Shown here: one piece after another, positions 10,961 through 18,227 of the stretch
Layout of the letters: every line of letters starts with the position of its first letter
Position numbering within the stretch: position 1 is the stretch's first letter
DNA from: an uncultured virus (IMG/VR IMGVR_UViG_2061766007_000740)
Lineage: Duplodnaviria > Heunggongvirae > Uroviricota > Caudoviricetes
DNA length: 34,402 bases
IMG/VR virus record: IMGVR_UViG_2061766007_000740
Direction: 5' to 3' (one strand)
Position numbers and translations under genes: made by a program
The notes under the pieces: model-generated
Databases searched by the model: none
What the model saw: only the letters and a program-made list of their open reading frames with translations
What the model was told of the DNA's origin: nothing

Positions 10961-11167
10961 GTGCCGATTTTGTGCCGATTTTTTGTCTTATAATTAAGGG
11001 CAGGCTTGTATTTGCCTGCCCTGTGGTGCCACCGAGAATCGAACTAGGGATGCTATCGGCGGCAGGTTGGGCAGTGAGACAGGATGAAACCTGCCTTATT
11101 CTCAATAGATTATAATTTCAATGTTCACGCACTCACACGGCATTTATGTGCCGTATTCGTGCCGATT
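10961..11167 (-). other. attP-like site 2 (tRNA-Phe-like 3' fragment, hairpin, GTGCCG arm pairs)
   Basis: Core 11024-11050 reads TCCCTAGTTCGATTCTCGGTGGCACCA on the minus strand; hairpin 10997-11022; GTGCCG pairs at 10961/10972 and 11148/11159. Confidence 0.8.
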
Positions 11168-11169
11168 TG

Positions 11170-11206
11170 TATAGTCCCGCGTGCATAATGTGCGCGCGGG
11201 ACTATA
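11170..11206 (-). terminator. 16-bp hairpin at the end of the repressor operon
   Basis: TATAGTCCCGCGTGCA / TGCGCGCGGGACTATA overlapping the stop of ORF 11202-11477; U-tract is weak. Confidence 0.55.
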
Positions 11207-11477
11207 GTGGGTCGTACTCTTTACCTAAATCAAGCTTAACTTGATCAATATTGACACCGTGTTTGGAGTCTGCGTAGTCGATATCGTGGAGGATGGTATA
11301 GAGAACATCTCCATACTGATTTTCAATATCGATATCGGATAGAAAGACCTGCCCATCTATTCGTGCAATGAGGCTCTGAACAAACGCTCTGCGGTCTTTT
11401 TCGGCTACGCGTTTGTTGATCATGTCCTTAATGTACTTGCAAAGTACTATTTCGTCAAGTGTCATTTCGGTAAGCAT
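11202..11477 (-). CDS. Hypothetical protein (repressor operon)
   Basis: 91 aa, AT-rich, overlaps the upstream gene. Confidence 0.6.
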   Translation of the reverse strand: MLTEMTLDEIVLCKYIKDMINKRVAEKDRRAFVQSLIARIDGQVFLSDIDIENQYGDVLYTILHDIDYADSKHGVNIDQVKLDLGKEYDPL

Positions 11478-11902
11478 AACTGTAGGAATTCGCGTGCGTT
11501 ATTCAGGTGCCGACGCTCCAGATATCCGGGGTCAGCGTAACCAGTCCGGAAGATGTACACCAGGTTCTTCGACTTGCGTGCTGCCGTCGTCTCCTCGTCG
11601 ATGGTGTATATCTCTGACTTGGCGCCGGTATCGAGGATGCCCAGCAGCGCATCGACGGATCGCAGTGCTTCCTCCGGAGAGTGTCCGAGCACGAGGGAGA
11701 ACGTCAGGGGGTTGAACTTACTGGCGCACTTCAGACTGAAGGCGTAGTAGCTTCCGTCCTGGGCGTAAAGCATTTTGACATACTGGTCGGTGATACCGCC
11801 GACATACTCGGTCTTGTACTGACCCTGCGAGACGGGTTTGATCTCTGCGTGCATGACGCTGATGAGCGACATGGCCACAAGCAATAACAGCGTTTTTTTC
11901 AT
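11462..11902 (-). CDS. Exported protein with signal peptide (lysogenic conversion / exclusion candidate)
   Basis: MKKTLLLLVAMSLISVMHA|EIK type I signal peptide; starts 3 nt after the repressor stop. Confidence 0.7.
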   Translation of the reverse strand: MKKTLLLLVAMSLISVMHAEIKPVSQGQYKTEYVGGITDQYVKMLYAQDGSYYAFSLKCASKFNPLTFSLVLGHSPEEALRSVDALLGILDTGAKSEIYTIDEETTAARKSKNLVYIFRTGYADPGYLERRHLNNAREFLQLCLPK

Positions 11903-11905
11903 AGG

Positions 11906-12238
11906 CTATTCTTTTTTGGGTTTCGATTTGGCTTCGGCTTTGTAGCGCCGGAGGAGTTCGGTGAGGTTCTCAATCATCTCATCTTTCTTCCGGCACTCCT
12001 CGCAATCGGGGTTGACACTGTCCTGCGGGATGTACTTTTCGGGGTAGGTAACGACATCCACAACGGGGATATTAAATTTTTCACAGATTTGTGAAATGGT
12101 ACTGAACTTCAATTCGACCGTTCGGTTGAACCAGTTACTAACGGCAGCATCGGTAACACCCATCGCCTGAGCGACGTTTTTGTGCAAAATACCTCTTTCG
12201 TTGAGGACTGCACCCAGATTTTTTTGTAAGTCAATCAT
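11906..12238 (-). CDS. XRE-family HTH repressor (CI-like)
   Basis: LNERGILHKNVAQAMGVTDAAVSNWFN is a classic XRE HTH; divergent from a Cro-like gene. Confidence 0.85.
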   Translation of the reverse strand: MIDLQKNLGAVLNERGILHKNVAQAMGVTDAAVSNWFNRTVELKFSTISQICEKFNIPVVDVVTYPEKYIPQDSVNPDCEECRKKDEMIENLTELLRRYKAEAKSKPKKE

Positions 12239-12367
12239 AGTACAAAATTAGTAATTTTTTTGTTAATAATATGTTTATAAGTTTGAAGAAAATTTCACTT
12301 ATTCACACATAATTTACACGGGTTTGTTAAATAAAATGCAAAAAAATTAACTTTTTTGTGAAAAAAA

Positions 12368-12399
12368 TTTGGTCAATTCAAAAAAATGTAGTACCTTTG
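12368..12399 (+). promoter_or_regulatory. Bacteroidetes primary-sigma promoter (lytic, rightward)
   Basis: TTTG (12368) - 20 nt - TACCTTTG (12392). Confidence 0.8.
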
Positions 12400-12425
12400 C
12401 GCCGTGAAAGTTAATTTTGCGGTTG

Positions 12426-12457
12426 CAAAGTTACTTATAATTAAACAAAGTAACAAA
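12426..12457 (-). promoter_or_regulatory. Bacteroidetes primary-sigma promoter (repressor, leftward)
   Basis: Minus strand TTTG (12457-12454) - 20 nt - TAACTTTG (12433-12426). Confidence 0.7.
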
Positions 12458-12472
12458 TAAAATCAAGATAAA

Positions 12473-12676
12473 ATGACAAAATTTGAAGAATTTTTCGGAA
12501 ATGTGCGGGATAAGCACACTGAATCGATGCGAAATGACATTATGACGGAGTGTGGTATCTCGGCTCAGTCGTTCCGAAACTGGAGGAAGGGCAAGTTTAA
12601 GCCGGACGTTCAATGGTGGAGCAAGATCAACTCCATCGCAGAGAAGTACGGATATCCGAAACCTTATACGTTGTAA
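12473..12676 (+). CDS. Cro-like HTH protein
   Basis: 67 aa, IMTECGISAQSFRNWRKGKFKP HTH; divergent from the repressor. Confidence 0.8.
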   Translation: MTKFEEFFGNVRDKHTESMRNDIMTECGISAQSFRNWRKGKFKPDVQWWSKINSIAEKYGYPKPYTL

Positions 12677-12739
12677 TTACTGCCTCACGGAATTGGGGCA
12701 AGAATAAATAAATTATTAATGTCTAAAAACTAAAAGATT

Positions 12740-12943
12740 ATGTGGTACGAAGTAGAAGTATCAAGTCAGATCACTGTCGCAGTAGAAGCGGACAGCGAAG
12801 ACCAGGCTAAAGAGTTAGCCAAAGAGGAGGCTTCCGGATTGGATGCCCAGAGTTTATTTACCGAAGAGTTCCGTCTGGAGATTGAGTCCTGTTCGGAAAT
12901 CGACGAGGATCATGTGGACTATTGTGACATCGTAGCAGATTAA
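12740..12943 (+). CDS. Small acidic protein (DpnD/PcfM-like)
   Basis: YEVEV...VAVEADSEDQAKELA pattern; AT-rich leader. Confidence 0.55.
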   Translation: MWYEVEVSSQITVAVEADSEDQAKELAKEEASGLDAQSLFTEEFRLEIESCSEIDEDHVDYCDIVAD

Positions 12944-12955
12944 GGGGGGCTGACC

Positions 12956-13210
12956 ATGGATGAAAAGAAAGTAACTGAGGTCATGAATGTGGTTGTTGAA
13001 GCGTTCATGTCCGTTGTGAATGAGTATGGTCTGAGTCCGCAGGAAGCTATCACGCTTATTACGGCTGGCACTACCGCTTTTGTGATTGACTCTTGCAAGA
13101 AGTTTTTCTCGAACCCGGGGAAGGCAATTCTTGGCAATTGTACAGAGATGTGTTGCGCTTTTATGGATGCTATCCAAAAGATAGACGATGAGAAAGGAGG
13201 CGCAAAATGA
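12956..13210 (+). CDS. Hypothetical early protein
   Basis: 84 aa in a tightly packed operon. Confidence 0.6.
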   Translation: MDEKKVTEVMNVVVEAFMSVVNEYGLSPQEAITLITAGTTAFVIDSCKKFFSNPGKAILGNCTEMCCAFMDAIQKIDDEKGGAK

Positions 13211-13350
13211 AAGCGATAGTGTATAAGTTCTGCGGGAAGACGATCCTACAGGTCGGCGCTATTCCTAATGTCATTGCAGACCGGATGACCGTTCTCCATG
13301 AGTTGGATATCGATGCTATTCATGTCGAACTGAATAAAGTGGAGGAATAG
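13207..13350 (+). CDS. Small hypothetical protein, 47 aa (not in ORF track)
   Basis: ATGA overlap; MKAIVYKFCGKTILQVG...NKVEE* exactly fills the gap between neighbours. Confidence 0.6.
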   Translation: MKAIVYKFCGKTILQVGAIPNVIADRMTVLHELDIDAIHVELNKVEE

Positions 13351-13352
13351 TT

Positions 13353-13589
13353 ATGACGGATAAGCAGATTGATAAAGTCAACCGCCTGCAGCACCTCATC
13401 TTCGATTTCGGTAGTAAGTTGGAAGACTTCGACAATACCGAACATATGGAGATAATGGGTTATGGTTTGATAGCAGCTTTTGCGAACTACTTTTTGGATG
13501 GTGCTCCGGTGGAGGCGAACCAAGTAGCTGTTCTCAAAGTTAAGGAACTGATGAATAATATATATGACGAAGTGATGAAGGAGGATTAG
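13353..13589 (+). CDS. Hypothetical early protein
   Basis: 78 aa, operon packing. Confidence 0.6.
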   Translation: MTDKQIDKVNRLQHLIFDFGSKLEDFDNTEHMEIMGYGLIAAFANYFLDGAPVEANQVAVLKVKELMNNIYDEVMKED

Positions 13590-13592
13590 GTT

Positions 13593-13739
13593 ATGGCAGC
13601 AACGATTGAGGAAGTGCAGGAGCAGATGTCGAAGATGGCACGCTCCACCAACGCCACAAAGGTTTCCATCGGTTGGGAAGCTACGGAAGGCGGTTACTTT
13701 GAAGTAGTGTATTACATTAAAAAACCACACAACAAATGA
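13593..13739 (+). CDS. Small hypothetical protein, 48 aa (not in ORF track)
   Basis: MAATIEEVQEQMSKMARS...KKPHNK*; ATGA overlap with the next gene. Confidence 0.6.
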   Translation: MAATIEEVQEQMSKMARSTNATKVSIGWEATEGGYFEVVYYIKKPHNK

Positions 13740-13972
13740 CCGAGGAAGCGCAGAAAGAGGTAGTGCTGCGGGCGGTGGAGGCAGCGATGCTGATACGGAG
13801 GGACGGACACCGTTATCCGGAGTGCGTGACACTCGATGAGGTAGCTGCTATCATTCCCGAAGTGAACCGCTCCGCCATCGTCCGGCATTTGAACCAGTTG
13901 GCCGCAGAGGATGAACTAACCATCCGACCGGCTCTTAACCAACCAACTTATTACAGATATGACTATACATGA
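13736..13972 (+). CDS. Putative winged-helix DNA-binding protein
   Basis: TLDEVAAIIPEVNRSAIVRHLNQLAAEDEL plus a short beta wing. Confidence 0.5.
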   Translation: MTEEAQKEVVLRAVEAAMLIRRDGHRYPECVTLDEVAAIIPEVNRSAIVRHLNQLAAEDELTIRPALNQPTYYRYDYT

Positions 13973-14192
13973 ATTTACAGTAGGCAATAGCCGAATAGTG
14001 GTGGATATCGCCAAAATCACAATGCTAACTTATAACGGGCCGACTCCTGTCTTTCCTAACGGGGTGACGATTATCACCCTCACGGACGGCAAGATGTACC
14101 GCTTCGAAGGAGCCAATAACGATGTTCTCTATCGGGAGATCCTGGATAAGATGTCTCCGGATAACGGCACAACCAACTTATTACGGACATGA
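13959..14192 (+). CDS. Hypothetical protein
   Basis: 77 aa, overlaps both neighbours. Confidence 0.55.
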   Translation: MTIHEFTVGNSRIVVDIAKITMLTYNGPTPVFPNGVTIITLTDGKMYRFEGANNDVLYREILDKMSPDNGTTNLLRT

Positions 14193-14704
14193 GTAAGTAT
14201 CGTATCATACCGTTCACAGCGGAGTGGCGGCAGAAGGGGCACAGCATCGCCGAGTACACGATGGAGCCTTGCCCCTACCGCCAGACCTGCGACCACGGCG
14301 TTATCGGTCTCGGTTCGCATAAATGCCAGAAGTGCCCGCATTGTGTCAAGCGTGACTTGGAGGCACGGACGGTGGAGTGCAGCTTCGATATCCTCGACCT
14401 CTCGCTCACCTACCATTGGTACGACGAGATAGCGTCCGGTCGCAAGACGGAGGAGTACCGCGAGCTGACCTACTACTGGTACAAGCGGCTGCTGGATCCG
14501 GATGCGCATGAGATGCTGAACCGGCTGGAGGACGCCAGGTGTTTCCGCAAGTACGATGCCGTACGGTTCCATCGCGGTCAGGGCGGCAAGCAGACGATGC
14601 TCTTTGAGTGCAAGGAGATACATATCGGATACGGAGCGCCGTGGCTCGGAGCACCGGAGGACCGGAAAGTATTTATCATCCCATTGGGACACCGATTAAA
14701 TTGA
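14189..14704 (+). CDS. ASCH/PUA-like domain protein with N-terminal Cys cluster
   Basis: LSLTYHWYDEIASGRKTEEYRELTYYW matches the ASCH GxKxxExR motif; CPY..C..KCQKCPHC at the N-terminus. Confidence 0.75.
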   Translation: MSKYRIIPFTAEWRQKGHSIAEYTMEPCPYRQTCDHGVIGLGSHKCQKCPHCVKRDLEARTVECSFDILDLSLTYHWYDEIASGRKTEEYRELTYYWYKRLLDPDAHEMLNRLEDARCFRKYDAVRFHRGQGGKQTMLFECKEIHIGYGAPWLGAPEDRKVFIIPLGHRLN

Positions 14705-14714
14705 TCTTTGAATA

Positions 14715-15431
14715 ATGTTAAGTGAAGTATATTATGGTGATTGCTTGGAGTACATGAGGACGATACCGGATAAGCACGTTGCGCTGGCCTTGGTAGACCC
14801 TCCGTACTTCAGCGGTCCGGAACGCAGAGGGTATTACGGTAGCGAGATCTCTACCACCAAGATCCAGCGGCGACACTATCCCAAGTCGGAGAAGTGGTCG
14901 GTTCCGGGCAAAGAGTTCTTTGATGAATTGATGCGTGTCAGTCGCAAGTATGTGGTCTTCGGCTGCAACTATTTCGACTATCACTTCCATTCCGGAAGAA
15001 TCGTTTGGGATAAGTGCAACGGCCAGAGCACCTTCAGCGACTGCGAGTTAGCAGCAACCAACCTGTTCGACCATGTGCGGATGTTCAAGTACATGTGGAA
15101 CGGGATGATGCAAGGCTCGTCTATCGAACACGGCGATGTGATGCAGGGTAACAAGTCCAAGAATGAATTCCGCATCCATCCCACGCAGAAGCCTGTCGCC
15201 TTGTACGGCTGGATCTTGAAGCAATATGCTCCGGACGGGTTGGTGCTCGATACTCATCTTGGCAGCGGTAGTAGTCGCATAGCCGCCTACAAGTTAGGCT
15301 TCGACTTTATCGGCTGCGAGTGGGATAAGCAGTACTTCGACGCGCAGGAGATGCGGTTTCAGAAGGAGTGCCTTGGTACGGTAGTCCTTCAGGACGGAAA
15401 GAAATTGAGACAAGGAAACTTGTTCGAGTGA
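14715..15431 (+). CDS. N6-adenine/N4-cytosine DNA methyltransferase (beta class, orphan)
   Basis: DPPY catalytic motif precedes HPTQKPVALY and the SAM-binding VLDTHLGSGSS. Confidence 0.92.
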   Translation: MLSEVYYGDCLEYMRTIPDKHVALALVDPPYFSGPERRGYYGSEISTTKIQRRHYPKSEKWSVPGKEFFDELMRVSRKYVVFGCNYFDYHFHSGRIVWDKCNGQSTFSDCELAATNLFDHVRMFKYMWNGMMQGSSIEHGDVMQGNKSKNEFRIHPTQKPVALYGWILKQYAPDGLVLDTHLGSGSSRIAAYKLGFDFIGCEWDKQYFDAQEMRFQKECLGTVVLQDGKKLRQGNLFE

Positions 15432-15444
15432 TCATTGAATAACT

Positions 15445-15779
15445 GATTAGCAGGTTAGGGGCTGAGTAAGGAAGCCCTGATAAGCAGAAGACAGGCGGTT
15501 GGCTCCGTATTAAGTTCGGAGAGTGCACGGTCTCGTGTGGTCACTATAATGAAGGCACAGCAATGTGCGTATAAGCGACGAAGGCCACAGACGAGGAATA
15601 AGACAGTGAATGAGGCTGCATGAATGTCTCGCACTATGCATGGTTCGTGGAGGAGATAATAACCCGCACACGACTCCCCCTTGCATAGGGTTCTGAAAAG
15701 TTTGCCCTCGCTCCTCGTTACCGCGCATCTGGCTACCCGCCGCCTGTGCCATCTTAAACTTAGGACTCGCCTGCTAATC
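15445..15779 (+). ncRNA. Predicted large structured RNA, copy A (~335 nt)
   Basis: Nested stems GATTAGCAGG/CCTGCTAATC, ACAGGCGG/CCGCCTGT, GTGCACGGT/ACCGCGCAT, TGTGGTC/GGCCACA, ACGAGGA/TCCTCGT, CTATGCA/TGCATAG and a GCAA tetraloop. Confidence 0.75.
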
Positions 15780-15867
15780 TTTACTAAAATGGAGTTGCTA
15801 CCATTCAAAGAGCAAAGTGATCTTTTATATAAACCTCATTTACTACAACAATTTATTAACTAATCAG

Positions 15868-16222
15868 GGTGCTAAGGACACCATTAAAAACAGTTTTATG
15901 AAGACTAATTTTATGACATCGCGAGCTAATAACTCGCAAGTAATTAACCGTAGCTATTGGAATTGTTTGCAGTAAAGCAGACGGTTCCATGGTTACGATT
16001 ATTGTTAAACGGTCGGGAATGCTATGATTCCAGCAATGGATGAGAGCGTCCGGGAACGGGTGATGGAGTAAAGGCATGTCGGCTACGAGATTGTCGGATA
16101 GATAATGGAGAGTTGAGTCGGAGAAGGTTAGGCACCGTCGTGGTGATGTTGCGAGCGTTCGCGTAAATGGGGGTAATTTTGAACATCAAGGCATGTGGGG
16201 ATTGGTTTCCCCCATGCTGACT
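15868..16222 (+). ncRNA. Predicted structured RNA C
   Basis: 21-bp G-U-rich hairpin at 15949-15997, several short hairpins, and a closing stem AGTCGG/CTGACT. Confidence 0.55.
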
Positions 16223-16245
16223 AAAGTAATCTAATTTTGAGAATT

Positions 16246-16479
16246 ATGAAAGAAGTATTAATCCGTAAGGCTTGGGTAGCAAGAGATGATGGTTACGAAG
16301 GCGAGGATGGCGACTTATGTCTATTCTGTAACAAGCCAAAGAAGACAACCATCGGAGGTCTCGGATGTTGGTTAGACATGTATCACGAACCGGAGTATTT
16401 GGATAGTAAGTTGTTCCCACAAATCAAGTGGGAGGACGAAGAGCCTACCGAGGTAGAAGTGTTAGTAAGGTTATGTTAG
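16246..16479 (+). CDS. Hypothetical phage protein (xWVARD type)
   Basis: MKEVLIRKAWVARDDG...FPQIKWEDEEPTEV, 77 aa. Confidence 0.7.
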   Translation: MKEVLIRKAWVARDDGYEGEDGDLCLFCNKPKKTTIGGLGCWLDMYHEPEYLDSKLFPQIKWEDEEPTEVEVLVRLC

Positions 16480-16640
16480 AAGACGATATCAAAGCTCTGA
16501 AGGAGTTTGCAGAGTGGAATAGGAAAGGAGCAGCGGCTGCAAAGCTGATGTTCGAGACAGGGGGTAGAGTGATATTAGACCCCGACGATCTGGAGATAGA
16601 TAAGAACGCGGAGATATTGTTCTTAAGAAGTGATCATTGA
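16473..16640 (+). CDS. Small hypothetical protein, 55 aa
   Basis: MLEDDIKALKEFAEW..., start overlaps the previous stop. Confidence 0.5.
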   Translation: MLEDDIKALKEFAEWNRKGAAAAKLMFETGGRVILDPDDLEIDKNAEILFLRSDH

Positions 16641-16643
16641 CAT

Positions 16644-17211
16644 ACAGAGGTTAGGCTCCGAGTAAGGAGGAGCAAGATATAAGGCTGCCGGTGGTTGTGC
16701 CTCGAGTAAGGAGAGGCAGATATGAGGAAGCACGCGGATAAAACAGAGTGAACGTGGCTCTACGTAATACGACCAACACGACCGCGTGTCGTATTGAAAT
16801 GTGGGACCGCCACCGGATGGGTGCTAACAGCCATGGTTGGATTANNNNNNNNNNAATAAAACAGAGTGAACGTGGCTCTATGTAATATCGGCAACACGAC
16901 CGCGTGTCGTACTGAAATGTGGGACCGCCACCGGATGGGTGCTAACAGCCATGGTTGGATTANNNNNNNNNNGGAGAAAAGGTATACTTTTCCCTATAGA
17001 AAAGGTATACTTTTCCCTATAGANNNNNNNNNNAAGCCCTGCGCCATGGTTCGCGTCCGCCCATCGGAGAGGCTACGGAATATCCCCCTGAGAAAAGGTA
17101 TACTTTTCCCTATAGAAAAGGTATACTTTTCCCTATAGAAAAGGTATACTTTTCCTCGGGGGTAGCAAAAAAGGGTCTCTCAGCAGCCGAAAGGCCCGGA
17201 CTCGCCTCTGT
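16644..17211 (+). ncRNA. Predicted large structured RNA, copy B (interrupted by N gaps and variant duplication)
   Basis: Stems ACAGAGG/CCTCTGT, GGCTGC/GCAGCC, CCGGTGGT/GCCACCGG, CACGCGG/CCGCGTG, GATGGG/CCCATC, GAGAGGC/GTCTCTC; two GAGTAAGGA-loop hairpins. Confidence 0.7.
17084..17172. repeat. 23-bp tandem palindromic repeat (AGAAAAGGTATACTTTTCCCTAT) x~3 within CCCCC/GGGGG ends
   Basis: Seen directly; a further fragment lies between gaps at 16973-17023. Confidence 0.9.
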
Positions 17212-17397
17212 TAACTTACACCGGTTACCATGGCCGGTGAGAGCAAAAGGATAAATTACGTTTTCATGGTTAAGGTATTAGTCAAGGGTGTTCAGCCTGT
17301 GAAGGTCGGAGCCCGCCCGGGGGAGCGTGGGTGACACCACCATCCCTCACCAACAATTAACAAGATTGTCTAACTTAAAAACGAAAGGAAAATTGTT

Positions 17398-17551
17398 ATG
17401 ATTACTGAAGAGAACTGCAATGAAGCAGTATTCGAAGCAACGAAGTACGTCTCGCAGAAGCTGGGAGACAAAGTAATGGAAGCGCTTGAAGCGGACGATA
17501 AGTCGCTGGAGGTGTTCCTGATCGGAATGGCGAACTATCTCTGCTTATCGG
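17398..17551 (+). CDS. Hypothetical protein, partial (ends in N gap)
   Basis: A-rich Bacteroidetes-type leader, then MITEENCNEAVFEATKYVSQKLG... Confidence 0.55.
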
Positions 17552-17773
17552 NNNNNNNNNNAACGTCGGACTCGCCTCTGTTAACCAAAGTTCACGGAAT
17601 TGTGAACTTAATTGCAAGTAGATTGCAGATATTTTTTCATGGTATTAGACTGAAGGGCTGGCAGTCCGCGAGGATAGCCACCCGAAACGGGGTAGGTTCA
17701 GCTGACCCTGACCTACTTCACAAAAGTGTGAAATTAGTAATTTATTAACGTCTTAAACTAAAAGCAAAAGCGT

Positions 17774-18175
17774 ATGGTAAAGAAGAAATCAGACATCCGA
17801 CCGCTCACTCACAAGGAGGAGCAGGTCATTAAGAAACAGATTGAGAAAGCCGCTGCGTTCACCCCTGCCGAGGTGCGTGACGCGATAGAGGCGCAACCGC
17901 TGGGTGCGATGGCAATGACCGTCGCCGTGAATCTGAACTACGACCACTTCGTTGAGGTGTTCGAGGAAAAGATGGTAGCGATGATCAAGAGCCTCAAGAA
18001 GCCGGAAGAGTTGGAGGCATGGCGGCAAAGTTACCGCACGGCGATGGAGAACAGCTTCCAGCGCGAAATGGCGGTGTACTGGTACACGATGGGCGCGACG
18101 CACCACGACGAGATCGTGCAGAGCGTCATCAATCTGAAGGAAAACGAGACCAACGAGGGAACGGTTGGGCAGTGA
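17774..18175 (+). CDS. Hypothetical protein
   Basis: 133 aa, A-rich leader, phage codon usage. Confidence 0.7.
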   Translation: MVKKKSDIRPLTHKEEQVIKKQIEKAAAFTPAEVRDAIEAQPLGAMAMTVAVNLNYDHFVEVFEEKMVAMIKSLKKPEELEAWRQSYRTAMENSFQREMAVYWYTMGATHHDEIVQSVINLKENETNEGTVGQ

Positions 18176-18227
18176 TTACAGAACCGGGGGCGGACACCCT
18201 CTCCGTCCCCACATTTATCAGTCTAAT

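Noticed and set aside
10768..11050. Intact tRNA genes
   Set aside because: Only the T-arm and 3' acceptor strand are present; there is no 5' GGTGCCA, D-arm or anticodon arm, so these are att cores
14715..15431. Restriction-modification system
   Set aside because: No adjacent endonuclease; orphan methyltransferases are routine in phages
15458..15863. tmRNA (GGGGCTGA start, GGACTCG, and a 24-aa ORF at 15789-15863)
   Set aside because: No GGTTCRAnTCC T-arm or CCA acceptor end; GGGGCT pairs locally with AGCCC; the ORF lacks a degradation-tag C-terminus
16973..17172. CRISPR array
   Set aside because: The 23-bp units are directly adjacent with no unique spacers, and there are no cas genes
12244..17743. 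Shared palindrome AAATTAGTAATTT at 12245 and 17731 as a repressor operator
   Set aside because: Only two AT-rich copies, neither overlapping an identified promoter; cannot be distinguished from chance
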